Shown piece after piece: positions 10,534 to 20,483 of a stretch of DNA of 64,000 nt. Under the pieces are notes generated by a model. That model saw only the letters and a program-made list of their open reading frames with translations, searched no databases and was not told the DNA's origin. Location: positions 1 to 64,000 of the forward strand of contig JBHLLU010000017.1 of assembly GCA_048938895.1 (NCBI GenBank), in the 5' to 3' direction. Numbering within the stretch: the stretch's first letter is position 1; each line of letters opens with the position of its first letter. This stretch comes from Promethearchaeota archaeon (lineage in GTDB: Archaea > Asgardarchaeota > Lokiarchaeia > Sigyniarchaeales > SOKP01). Position numbers and translations under genes: made by a program.

Positions 10534-11328
10534 TTATTTTATACTCGGTTTTCTACATCGAATAATTAAGAAAAATGGTATGATTCTAGAATCATATTCT
10601 TCTGGATACTCTTTTAATATCTGATCGTCAGCATAAGGTTCACAAAATTCTTCTAAAATGAACCCTTCTTCGATTAGTAAATTTAACCATTCTGATAATG
10701 TTCGAGTAAATCGTGGAATTCTAAACTTTCGCATATTTTCAGTCAATTCTTTCGGAGCCGCTCCAAATATCCATTCTTCAAATTCACCATTATACTTCCT
10801 AAAATAATCTTTGACAACGAGTCCAACTTTTACACCATCTTCATTCCTCACCCAACCAAAACCAGAATTGCTAACAAAGGGATGAGTAATTGAAAACTGA
10901 AAGAATCCTTCAGGCTTGATGACTCTAAAAGTTTCTTTTATTGCTTTCTCATTTTCAGCCATATCCATAAGACTCATAGTTGCTATAGCGAAATCAAAAT
11001 AGTTTTCTGGAAATGGAAGTTCAGTTCCACTAGCAACCTTATATTTAATTCCGAGTGTATCATGCAATTCCATCTCTTTAGCATACTTTATAAACATCTC
11101 AGATATGTCAATCGCTGTCATATCTGCTCCCTTTTTTGCTGCAATTCTCGTATTATATCCTTCTCCGCAACCAATATCTAAACCAATTAAACCTGAAATT
11201 TGAGGGAGCATTTTAAAGAAAGCAGGAGAATTAATGAGATCTCTGCATCGATCATATCCCATTCTCGCTAACTTTGTCCAATTTTCTGCATTTTTATCCC
11301 AATATTTACCTACTTTTTTGTTATCCAA
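10534..11328 (-). CDS. Class I SAM-dependent methyltransferase
   Basis: LDIGCGEG motif I; LPFPENYFD. Confidence 0.9.
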   Translation of the reverse strand: MDNKKVGKYWDKNAENWTKLARMGYDRCRDLINSPAFFKMLPQISGLIGLDIGCGEGYNTRIAAKKGADMTAIDISEMFIKYAKEMELHDTLGIKYKVASGTELPFPENYFDFAIATMSLMDMAENEKAIKETFRVIKPEGFFQFSITHPFVSNSGFGWVRNEDGVKVGLVVKDYFRKYNGEFEEWIFGAAPKELTENMRKFRIPRFTRTLSEWLNLLIEEGFILEEFCEPYADDQILKEYPEEYDSRIIPFFLIIRCRKPSIK

Positions 11329-11411
11329 ATGAGATACATCTCTAAATTCTTTTTCAATAATATAATAAAGGATAATAAGTATATATTGTTAATACATACA
11401 TAGTTTTAGGA

Positions 11412-11747
11412 TTGGAAACTATGGCAAATATCACGAATTACTTTGATTTTGAAAGTAATATAGGAAAAAAAGTTAAGATTATAGGTAATCTTGCATCAGA
11501 AATATGGCAACATATTACCACATATATTGAATCTCATCCTTACATGAATTATTTTGACCTTGAAGATGGACACCAAATTGTTATATACACGAGAGAAGAT
11601 CTCTCATGTAATAAGCAAATAGAAGCAACAGGAAAATTAATCAAAGCAGAAGCGAACCATAAAAATCCGAGATCCAAAATCACTGAAAAATACTTTGAGT
11701 ATCAGTTAATTGTTGATTCATGGAAATGTTTAGAAAAAGAAAAGTAG
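11412..11747 (+). CDS. Hypothetical protein, possible OB fold
   Basis: GKKVKIIG...IEATGKL...YQLIVDSW beta pattern. Confidence 0.55.
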   Translation: METMANITNYFDFESNIGKKVKIIGNLASEIWQHITTYIESHPYMNYFDLEDGHQIVIYTREDLSCNKQIEATGKLIKAEANHKNPRSKITEKYFEYQLIVDSWKCLEKEK

Positions 11748-11764
11748 AGATTTAAGAAGAGAAG

Positions 11765-12847
11765 CTAGAAGAGAGTAACATCAATATCTCTATTTGCAAG
11801 TAAAGTTCTGAGATCACTATCAAGGAATTCCATCGCCTGTTTATTATTCTTAAGATAAGCGTCCATGTGGGCAAGTCCTAAACCGCGAATATATTCATAC
11901 GCTCCTTTTGAAGGGTGTAATTCTGAAATTGGTTGCAGTGGTTTCGCTAAAATTTGTGCTTCCAGATTATTACCCCTCATAGTCATTTGAAGATTACGGA
12001 AATATTCATGGACCTGTTCAATACCATCATTAAAATGGAAATGATCAGCGTTATTTAATACTACCATACGTTTAGGCTGTGGTGAACGATTATAAAGGTC
12101 TATTACACCTTTCAATTCTACGAGGTTGTCTTTTTCTCCAGTTAAATATAAGATGCCAACCTTACGATCCCAGAATTTACGGATAACATTTAATGGTCTA
12201 TTTTCATCCTGTTCTTCTCCACTTTCAGAAGAATCACCACCTCCTGGTGCAAGCGGGAGAGCCGCTTTAATTCTCTCATCTCGACTTGTTGCTAAGATGG
12301 TTGTCCACCCACCAAAAGAGTGACCTGAAATGCCTATTTTATCCGCATCGACAGAATTTCGAGGAACCCAAGTATTTCCTGATAAAATACTATCAATTAA
12401 GAATGAAATATCTTTAGGCCTGTCGATTGCAGATTGCATAGCCATCTTTGACATTTCCTCGGCAGATCTTCTAAGAGTAGGATTAGCGATTTCCATCATA
12501 GTGTTACCAACATGATCTGGTGAAGCTACTATATATCCGTGGCTAGCAAGATGACAGCATAGATGGGTTGTTTGACGTCGGTGTCCACTATATCCATGGG
12601 AAAACAATATCAGAGGAAAGCATCCACTTTTAAGTTTAGCATCTCTAACTGCTTCCTGTCTTATTTGAGTGAGAAGTATGTACTTGTCTTGAGTTTTTCT
12701 GTCTAAATCTTGGCCTTTATAATCATCTGTAGCAGGATACCAAAATTCTATTGGTAATTTTCTCTTTCGAGGTTCATCGTTCAGTTCTTGCGTACGAACA
12801 CCTACTGGGAATGGGCCTCGAGTGAAAGGATCGTATTTTGTACTCAT
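11765..12847 (-). CDS. Alpha/beta hydrolase (dienelactone hydrolase / PAF-acetylhydrolase-like)
   Basis: FSHG, GHSFGG nucleophile elbow, GEKD, ADHFHF. Confidence 0.85.
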   Translation of the reverse strand: MSTKYDPFTRGPFPVGVRTQELNDEPRKRKLPIEFWYPATDDYKGQDLDRKTQDKYILLTQIRQEAVRDAKLKSGCFPLILFSHGYSGHRRQTTHLCCHLASHGYIVASPDHVGNTMMEIANPTLRRSAEEMSKMAMQSAIDRPKDISFLIDSILSGNTWVPRNSVDADKIGISGHSFGGWTTILATSRDERIKAALPLAPGGGDSSESGEEQDENRPLNVIRKFWDRKVGILYLTGEKDNLVELKGVIDLYNRSPQPKRMVVLNNADHFHFNDGIEQVHEYFRNLQMTMRGNNLEAQILAKPLQPISELHPSKGAYEYIRGLGLAHMDAYLKNNKQAMEFLDSDLRTLLANRDIDVTLF

Positions 12848-12996
12848 TATACTTCACTTTATAGTAAAATTTTAATATGAACCAGAGTTCTAAATCCAAA
12901 TCTAATTTATATAATTTATACCAAAACTATATATTAATTTAAAGAAGAAAGAATAAACAATAATAAATTTTCACAAAACTGAGGTTATATTCTGCT

Positions 12997-13893
12997 ATGT
13001 CCTTACAAAAAATGACCACGAAAAAAATAATCGAGAAAAAACATAAGGGAGAAAAAATAGTTACAATCACAGCCTATGATTATTCAATAGGGAAAATTGT
13101 CGATGAGTGTGGTTTTGATTTAATTTTAGTTGGAGATTCACTTTCTCAGGTAATTTTGGGTCATGAAAACACTTTAGCTGTAACTATGGATGAGATGATC
13201 CACCACACTAAAGCAGTTTCTAGGGGTGTCTCTAACGCATTATTAGTTGGTGATATGCCATTTCTCTCATATAAAATTGATGTTAAAGATGCTGTATATA
13301 ACGCCGGAAGGTTTATTCAAGAGGGTGGAGCTGAAGCAGTAAAGGTTGAAGGAGGGACGGAAATTTTACCTACTGTGAAAGCAATAATTGATGCAGATAT
13401 TGAAGTTATGGGGCATATTGGCTTAACTCCACAAAAAGTGTATCGGTTTGGGGGGCATTTAGTTCAAGGAAGAACTATAGATGCTGCTAAGAAATTAATA
13501 ATAGATGCAATAAACTTACAAAATGCTGGTGTTTTCTCTATTGTCCTGGAAGGAATTCCATGGCAAATTGCTAAATTAGTAACCAGCACAGTGGATATTC
13601 CAACCATCGGAATAGGAGCGGGACAGTATTGCGATGGTCAAATTATAATTATCTATGATATGCTTGGAATTTTTACAGAATTTAAACCAAAGTTTGTTAA
13701 GCATTTCGGACAAGTTGGCAAGAATATCAGAGATGCTTTAACCAGTTATAGGGATGAGATAATTAATAGTCAATATCCCGATTTAGACCATTCGTATACA
13801 TATCCAACTGAAGATTTAGATGATATAAATGAATGGTTCGAAAGTGCTGATCTCGAAAAAGAAGCAGAAAAATTAAAAGAAACCTTGTCCTAA
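12997..13893 (+). CDS. panB: 3-methyl-2-oxobutanoate hydroxymethyltransferase
   Basis: TAYD, LVGDSL, DMPFLSY, VKVEGG, GHIGLTPQ, IGIGAG. Confidence 0.97.
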   Translation: MSLQKMTTKKIIEKKHKGEKIVTITAYDYSIGKIVDECGFDLILVGDSLSQVILGHENTLAVTMDEMIHHTKAVSRGVSNALLVGDMPFLSYKIDVKDAVYNAGRFIQEGGAEAVKVEGGTEILPTVKAIIDADIEVMGHIGLTPQKVYRFGGHLVQGRTIDAAKKLIIDAINLQNAGVFSIVLEGIPWQIAKLVTSTVDIPTIGIGAGQYCDGQIIIIYDMLGIFTEFKPKFVKHFGQVGKNIRDALTSYRDEIINSQYPDLDHSYTYPTEDLDDINEWFESADLEKEAEKLKETLS

Positions 13894-13987
13894 ATCCCTA
13901 GTTTTGATTGTATTTTTTTTATTATAACAGTTGTAATAGAGATTAAGGATCTCTTGATATACCAAATTGTAAAAATAGGTAAGGTTA

Positions 13988-14773
13988 TTGATAACATACA
14001 AAATTATGGATGAGGATTTATTTTTATGTAGATGTATGCATCTTGGCCCAGTATTTGAAATGGATCTCAGAAAAACAGTACCAGAAGTGTCAGATGAGAT
14101 AGTTAAAAAAATATTGAATACAGCAATTAGTAAATTTGGTTCCTGTGCGGTTCTAGCAATTGATAGTGATCTCTACAATGCAATTATTGGTGTATTGTTC
14201 TTCTATCCTCAAATTTTTCTTGATAAGTTAAATGGGGCTCATCCCTGTATACAAGATCCGAAAGAGCTTAATAAAATCAAACCCATCTTAGATAAAATGC
14301 TTTCTGTACCTAATTTTGAGGAATTACAAGATAAAGATAAAATTCTACGCATAGAATGTATGCAGGTTGTTGGAAAGCCTGGAAAAAGAATAATTAATTC
14401 CTATGAAGATCTATCGAACAAAAGAGAAACTATAAAATATGCTTCCTATACTAATAAGGGAATCGGAGATGGTATGATTACTAAACTAATCACATGGGCA
14501 CGAGACTATGGATGGAAAAAAATACAATCAACTGCAATTCCAGATGTGAAGCCATTAAAATTATGGTGGGGAAACCAATCTTTAAGCGGTTATCTTAAAA
14601 AAGGATTTACTATAATCGAGGGTTCAAAAGAAATTCATAAGGAGGTTCTCGATGGAATCAACAACATGAAAAAAGGATTACACGGAGTTGAGATTCAGTC
14701 AATGTGGAAGGATTACGAGAATAAATCAGAAGGAGAATTAATTACTACTTATCAAGTAGAACTTGTTCTATAA
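13988..14773 (+). CDS. GNAT-fold protein
   Basis: LRIECMQV...YTNKGIGDGMITKLITWARDYGW...YLKKGF. Confidence 0.6.
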   Translation: MITYKIMDEDLFLCRCMHLGPVFEMDLRKTVPEVSDEIVKKILNTAISKFGSCAVLAIDSDLYNAIIGVLFFYPQIFLDKLNGAHPCIQDPKELNKIKPILDKMLSVPNFEELQDKDKILRIECMQVVGKPGKRIINSYEDLSNKRETIKYASYTNKGIGDGMITKLITWARDYGWKKIQSTAIPDVKPLKLWWGNQSLSGYLKKGFTIIEGSKEIHKEVLDGINNMKKGLHGVEIQSMWKDYENKSEGELITTYQVELVL

Positions 14774-14789
14774 TAATATAAAAAAATAA

Positions 14790-15701
14790 TTAGATCTCTC
14801 CTTTATAATTCTGTTCAATAAGTCTTCTTATGAATGCAATTTTAGGTGGATTATGTTCTTTCATCTTCTCAAGTAATTTCTTAGCTTCAACATTCTGAGA
14901 TTCAATTTCTAATAAGTAATTACAGAAGTCTACAACCGAACTGTACCACCCTAAATCCTCTGATAACTTTGCTAATGAGAGCAAAACGTTTGTGTCTTTC
15001 GGGTTTTCTAAAACTACGATATTGAGATCCTTATTAAATTCTAAATAACCCTTAATAAAATTTCTAACCTTTTCTGCAGGATAGCTTACTTCCTCATGTC
15101 CTTCTAGCATATAATCAATATCTAGCTTTAAAATTTTCTCCATAGATTTGATATATTGATTTAAATTGCTATCCAAAATATTGATCGCTATTCCTGGAAT
15201 ATCTCCAGCAAATAAAATATTTTTTCCACCAATATTCAAGAGATATGCTAATGATCCTGTAGTATGTCCCGGGATGTGAATACACCTAAATTTAAGTTGC
15301 CCAAATTTTAAAATTTCATTATCCTCTTTAATTCTCCTAGTTATTTTAACAGGTTCATATTGAAAACGCTCATAAAATGGATTTGGGAACGGGGCTGTTT
15401 GCTTTTGTTCGATCTTCTCAGCATCAAGCTCATGAGCATAAAATTTAATGTTTGGATTAAATTCTTTTAACCTATAACAAATTCCATAATGATCCAGGTG
15501 TCCATGAGTTATAAGACAATGCTTGATATTGCTCAATTTAAACCCTTCTTTTTCAATTTCTTGAATTGGTTCGAAATTAATGCCAGCATCAATTAAAACT
15601 AATCCATCATCACTCTTTGTATCTACGAGATAAACACAACAATCTATAACCTCTGGATCAAAAGGTTTCACCACATAAACATTATCAACGACGTTTTTCA
15701 T
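14790..15701 (-). CDS. MBL-fold metallo-hydrolase with TPR-like C-terminus
   Basis: THGHLDH, PGHT, FAGD, EGH. Confidence 0.9.
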   Translation of the reverse strand: MKNVVDNVYVVKPFDPEVIDCCVYLVDTKSDDGLVLIDAGINFEPIQEIEKEGFKLSNIKHCLITHGHLDHYGICYRLKEFNPNIKFYAHELDAEKIEQKQTAPFPNPFYERFQYEPVKITRRIKEDNEILKFGQLKFRCIHIPGHTTGSLAYLLNIGGKNILFAGDIPGIAINILDSNLNQYIKSMEKILKLDIDYMLEGHEEVSYPAEKVRNFIKGYLEFNKDLNIVVLENPKDTNVLLSLAKLSEDLGWYSSVVDFCNYLLEIESQNVEAKKLLEKMKEHNPPKIAFIRRLIEQNYKGEI

Positions 15702-15863
15702 AAGTCATCAACTAATTTTTTATCTAAAATAATTAGAATAGTAATTATAAAATTCGATATATTTGTTTTGATTTGTTATTTGAAATTTCAAAATATTCTT
15801 GAATTGTTTATATTTTGAAATAATATCTTTATTCGCTCTTATATTTAATTCATTTTAGTGAAA

Positions 15864-15992
15864 AATAGCCAATATCCAGATTTAGATCATTCTTATACAT
15901 ACTCAACAGAGGATTTAAGTGAAATCTGTCAATGATTTGAAAGTGTTGATATTAAAAGGCAGACATTAAGGTTAAATAAAGATTTAACCTAA
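15864..15992 (+). pseudogene. Orphan diverged copy of the last 43 codons of panB
   Basis: NSQYPDLDHSYTYSTEDLSEICQ*FESVDIKRQTLRLNKDLT* aligns without gaps to panB 13765-13893 NSQYPDLDHSYTYPTEDLDDINEWFESADLEKEAEKLKETLS*. Confidence 0.9.
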
Positions 15993-16046
15993 TCTTTTAT
16001 ATTTATTCCTTGACTATCTCCATTATATTACTCTGGTTTAAGCTTA

Positions 16047-17174
16047 ATGATTGAAAAAAGAAAAAATGTAAGCTTAACAGTGAAAATGGGACCTTCTTTA
16101 GGTAGTCCCTTGAAGAACTGGCTTAATCTGATTTTTTCAAATGGATTTTTTGTCAAATTAAAATATTATCCTAGACTCTATCTTATCCTTATAATGAGTA
16201 TTATAGGTATTCCTTTTAGAATTTTCGAGCATCGTAAATTTCGGAAGAAAATTGAATTATCAAATATTATAAATCCTCCAATTTTCATTCTTGGACACTG
16301 GAGGAGCGGAACCACTTACTTGCATAACCTTTTAACTCAAGATCCTCAGTTTGGTTATATTTCAATGCTTGAGGCAAGCTTTCCAAAATCATTCTTAATT
16401 ACAAATTTCTTTAAATTCTTCATGAAATCCTTCTTACCTAAGAACAGACCAATGGATAACATGGAAATGGGACTAGATTTTCCTCAAGAGGAAGAAATGG
16501 CAATTGGTAATCTCATACCGTTTTCATTCTATAATGCTCTTTATTTTCCAGAAAAATTAATGGAGAATTATTACAAGTATATCTGTCTTGACCATGTATC
16601 TAAGAAGGTTTTAGAAAAATGGCAAAAAGCATATCTATACTTGTTAAAAAAAACAACTCTTACCGTTAAAGGTAAACAATTAATTCTTAAAAATCCAGCA
16701 AATACTGCCCGTATAGGTTTATTGTTAAAATTGTTTCCCGATGCAAAATTTATTCATATTTATCGGAACCCTTATGTGGTTTTTGTATCAATGAAGAACT
16801 TCTATGAATCAACAATCAGACAATTTATGCTTCAAGAAGTATCAGTGAGTGAAATTGAGAAATTTATTCTCATAATTTATAAAGATATGATGGAAAAATA
16901 TTTTAGAGAAAAGGAATTAATACCAAAAGAAAATCTAATTGAAATAAAGTTTGAGGATTTAGAAAAAGATCCAATTAGTATTTTAGAGAGCATATATAAG
17001 CATTTAAGGTTAAAAGGATTTAGCAGAGTAAGAAATCAATTCGAAAAATATTTACTATTAATAAAGAATTACCAAAAAAATATATACAACTTCACAAAAG
17101 AAAAAATAAGCCTTGTACAAGAATACTGGAAATTCACGATAGATAACTGGAAATACAAGTTTCCATTTGGTTGA
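16047..17174 (+). CDS. Sulfotransferase family protein
   Basis: GHWRSGTTYLH PAPS-binding loop, LKNP, FIHIYRNP. Confidence 0.9.
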   Translation: MIEKRKNVSLTVKMGPSLGSPLKNWLNLIFSNGFFVKLKYYPRLYLILIMSIIGIPFRIFEHRKFRKKIELSNIINPPIFILGHWRSGTTYLHNLLTQDPQFGYISMLEASFPKSFLITNFFKFFMKSFLPKNRPMDNMEMGLDFPQEEEMAIGNLIPFSFYNALYFPEKLMENYYKYICLDHVSKKVLEKWQKAYLYLLKKTTLTVKGKQLILKNPANTARIGLLLKLFPDAKFIHIYRNPYVVFVSMKNFYESTIRQFMLQEVSVSEIEKFILIIYKDMMEKYFREKELIPKENLIEIKFEDLEKDPISILESIYKHLRLKGFSRVRNQFEKYLLLIKNYQKNIYNFTKEKISLVQEYWKFTIDNWKYKFPFG

Positions 17175-17355
17175 GATTCTTCAATAAAATCCACCTACAT
17201 AAATATGGATTACTTATATTTTGAAGTAAGACCTTAATTCACCCTTATATTTATATAATCTTTTTTAATAATTTTAAACAATTCTTCAGACAGAAGTTTA
17301 AATTTGCCAATTTTTGTAATAGTATTACATTTTATAAATTTAAGGTGAAATATGT

Positions 17356-17463
17356 ATGGAAAAAGTTGAATGTTCGAAATGTGGTATGACTTTTGAAGCA
17401 AAGACAGAGAAAAAAGCTAAGAAAATTATGCAAAAGCATGCCAAAAAATATCATTCTAAATAA
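17356..17463 (+). CDS. 35-aa C2H2-type zinc-finger microprotein (DUF1059-like)
   Basis: MEKVECSKCGMTFEAKTEKKAKKIMQKHAKKYHSK; AGGTGA RBS upstream, T-rich tract downstream; below ORF-track cutoff. Confidence 0.75.
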   Translation: MEKVECSKCGMTFEAKTEKKAKKIMQKHAKKYHSK

Positions 17464-17605
17464 AATCCTTTTTTCTTTTTTTTGAATAAGCTTACCAGAA
17501 ATAGCAGGGAAATAAATTAATAATTAGTTTTATTATTAGAGAAATCATTCTATTTTCATAAAAATCATTATTTCTTAAAAATTATAATACAATGGTGAGA
17601 TTAAG

Positions 17606-17809
17606 ATGCCAGTAGTTCATGTAAATATGTGGAAAGGAGTCAGCGAAGATATAGTTAAAAAGTTAATTTCAGGAATAACTAATGTTTTTGTCGATCTAGG
17701 TATTCCTGCCAGAGCAGTGGAAGTTCTTGTTCATGAAGTTCCTAAGGCTCACTGGGGAATAGGGGGCAAACCGGCTACAGAGGCGCTCCCAGATGAAAAT
17801 CCTCCTTAA
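17606..17809 (+). CDS. 4-oxalocrotonate tautomerase family protein
   Basis: Catalytic Pro after Met; HWGIGG motif; GGTGA RBS. Confidence 0.9.
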   Translation: MPVVHVNMWKGVSEDIVKKLISGITNVFVDLGIPARAVEVLVHEVPKAHWGIGGKPATEALPDENPP

Positions 17810-17957
17810 TGAGAACGGATAATTAATCGAATGAAATAAAAATCTTTAACTTAAAAATTTTTTTTGGATTTATTTAAATCCATTAATTAAAATTAGAGGA
17901 TGGGTGCAGATTTCAAAATAATTATAATCGATGGAAAAGCGATCTTTGGTTTTTAAC

Positions 17958-19112
17958 CTAAACTAATTCATGAATAACCTCAACAATACGTTTAGTTCGA
18001 GGATCACCTGTTAATGAGAGAACAATCTGATTCATAGCATAAGCATAACATAATTTAGCATCTGGATCCATAACACACATAGACCCTCCTAAACCACCCC
18101 AATAGAATGTTCTTGGATTACTCCCTCTTGGAATTAATAATTTTGGACTGTTTAATCCAAATCCTAATCCAAATCGAATTGGGTTCATAAGAACCAGATC
18201 TACACCACTAATTTGTTCTTCAATAGCCTTTTCTATCATTTGATTAGATAAGAATTGAATTCCCTCAAATTTGCCCCCATTAGCTAAAATAGATCCAACT
18301 TTCGCAATTGATCTCGCATTCCCATGTCCATTTGAAGCCGGTATTTCAGCAGCTCTCCACTCCCTTGTTCTTGTATCTTCATAAGTTAAAATAGGATTAA
18401 AAAGTGCTTTCATAAATAAGGTATTTGATTGTAGTTCCTCAAATCCTTGTTGTTGATCTGAAGTTGGGGGAACTAAATCAGCAACCCGAGAATCGATATC
18501 TTCTGTAAAACCAATGTGAAAGTCTGCATCTACTTTTGAGGTTACTTCATCTCGGAAAAATGTTCCTAAGGTTTTTCCAGAAACTCGCCTAACAATTTCC
18601 CCCAATAATTGCCCAAACGTGACTGCATGATATCCGCTTTTAGTTCCTGGTTCCCACATCGGTTTTTGTTCCGCTAATAACTCTACACTTCGATCCCAAT
18701 CATATAAATCCTCTTTCTTCATGGGTTTATCATATCCTGATAATCCTGCTGAATGACTTAAAAGATATTTAACAGGAATTTTTTCCTTTCCCGATTGTGC
18801 GAATTCTGGCCAATATTTAGCAACTGGAGCTTCTAAATTTATTAAGCCTCTGTCTGCAAGCATTAAAGTACAAAGAGCTGTCATAATTTTTGTTGTTGAA
18901 TAGACATTTACGATTGTATTTTCTTTCCAAAGGCGGGTTCTTTCTGCATCTGCATAGCCTGCCCATATATCAATAACAAAGTTCCCATTAATCGTAGCTG
19001 CGAATGAAGCACCTACCTCCAACCCTTCTTCAAAATTTTTTATGAATGCTTCTTTCACAGGTTCAAATCTCTTATCACAAAACCCATGTACTTCTACTTC
19101 TTTTTTTGCCAT
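17958..19112 (-). CDS. Serine hydrolase, beta-lactamase/esterase family
   Basis: STTK (SxxK), LLSHSAGL, YHA, WGGLGGS. Confidence 0.9.
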   Translation of the reverse strand: MAKKEVEVHGFCDKRFEPVKEAFIKNFEEGLEVGASFAATINGNFVIDIWAGYADAERTRLWKENTIVNVYSTTKIMTALCTLMLADRGLINLEAPVAKYWPEFAQSGKEKIPVKYLLSHSAGLSGYDKPMKKEDLYDWDRSVELLAEQKPMWEPGTKSGYHAVTFGQLLGEIVRRVSGKTLGTFFRDEVTSKVDADFHIGFTEDIDSRVADLVPPTSDQQQGFEELQSNTLFMKALFNPILTYEDTRTREWRAAEIPASNGHGNARSIAKVGSILANGGKFEGIQFLSNQMIEKAIEEQISGVDLVLMNPIRFGLGFGLNSPKLLIPRGSNPRTFYWGGLGGSMCVMDPDAKLCYAYAMNQIVLSLTGDPRTKRIVEVIHELV

Positions 19113-19340
19113 ATATATCCCATAATCAAATCTTTTTTGAAGATCTTAAATTTAGAATAAATTTAACCTTTCTGATCGCATGACTAAAATTAGTTGGTAA
19201 TACCTCATCATATGAAAATTGCTTTTGATGTCAGTTATAAAAAAAATAAAACCCTTATTCATAATAAAACAATTAAATCTTATATTGTAACATACCTATT
19301 ATCATAATTATAAATGAAATTCTAATTAAGGTAAAAATTA

Positions 19341-20390
19341 ATGGCTTTATCTCTATTAGGATGGTTTAATGGTATAACATCTTTTATAATCTTAGTTTTT
19401 TTTGTTCTTTTTGGACTCTATTGTTTATATCAATCTTATAGAACTAAAGCAAAGTTACTCAAATTTTTTGGACTAGCAATTTTACTTGAAGGATTTGCAT
19501 TCATTTTTCTAAATGTCGAATTTTTCTCTATTCTATTCTCCATTCTTCCTTTAAATTTCCCGGATAATTTGTATTTGCATGTTTTATTAGCTTGGAGTTG
19601 GCATGCTCCTGCAGCTTTTTTTATTTTATATATTGGTGTGTGGTTCCTCTTACCGAATTATAAAAAGTACCTCATATCTTCTATTTTAATATTTGGTTCT
19701 ATTTTTTTATTATTTCTACTATTTGATCCTGAAGGTTCACTTACTTTGGAACCCCCTGAGGTGCTAGGAACAAATTTATATAATGGTTATTTAACTGTAG
19801 GTTCAATACCATTCATTGTGGAATCTGCATTTTTTGTTTTGGGTTTTAGTTTGAATGGGTTTGGATTGTTATATAAAGCATCGAAATCAGAGGGGATAAT
19901 TAGACGAAAATTTATCCTTATTTCGATTGGGTTTATGACTAATTTTAGTTTTGTTTTATGGGATAGCCTTACTACCCCTGGATTATCAATTGCTTTTATT
20001 CGAGTTGGAATCCTAACTAGCGCTATAATTATTTATTTTGGATTAAGAGAAGAACCCGAAAATAAGCTAAAACTTGAAAAAGAAATAAAAGTTGAAGGAG
20101 ATCTTTTTAGAATATCCAATATTCGATCTGGTGAAATAACTGAAGAAGAAGTATCGATTTCAAAAGAAAAAAAAATCTGTCTTGTGTGTAAGGGAAAATT
20201 GGCGAGAGAATTGTACATGTGTCCTGAGTGTAGTACATTCTATTGCCTCAAATGTATTAGTAAATTGACAGATTTAGAAAATGCATGTTGGGTATGTGAA
20301 ACTCCATTTGATGAAACAAAACCCATAAAATTACATGATAATGAGAAAGAAAAGAAAGAAGTCAAAAATTCAAAAATAAAAAAAGAATAA
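19341..20390 (+). CDS. Multi-pass (about 7 TM) membrane protein with C-terminal Cys8 zinc-finger domain
   Basis: Hydrophobic helices then CLVC-x10-CPEC-x4-CLKC-x10-CWVC. Confidence 0.75.
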   Translation: MALSLLGWFNGITSFIILVFFVLFGLYCLYQSYRTKAKLLKFFGLAILLEGFAFIFLNVEFFSILFSILPLNFPDNLYLHVLLAWSWHAPAAFFILYIGVWFLLPNYKKYLISSILIFGSIFLLFLLFDPEGSLTLEPPEVLGTNLYNGYLTVGSIPFIVESAFFVLGFSLNGFGLLYKASKSEGIIRRKFILISIGFMTNFSFVLWDSLTTPGLSIAFIRVGILTSAIIIYFGLREEPENKLKLEKEIKVEGDLFRISNIRSGEITEEEVSISKEKKICLVCKGKLARELYMCPECSTFYCLKCISKLTDLENACWVCETPFDETKPIKLHDNEKEKKEVKNSKIKKE

Positions 20391-20483
20391 ATAGCATGAT
20401 GCAGTTAAAAATTAGGTTTAGCTTTTAGATGAATACCTTGATAATCTGCTAAAAAAATTTTAAAAAAAATAAAAAAAAGGAAT

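Noticed and set aside
15933-15935. In-frame TGA in the panB remnant as selenocysteine
   Set aside because: It aligns to Trp (TGG>TGA) in a gene fragment.
17900-17956. Mini-ORF MGADFKIIIIDGKAIFGF, loosely like the N-terminus of the kinase at 36493 or a glutaredoxin tail
   Set aside because: Too short to distinguish from chance.
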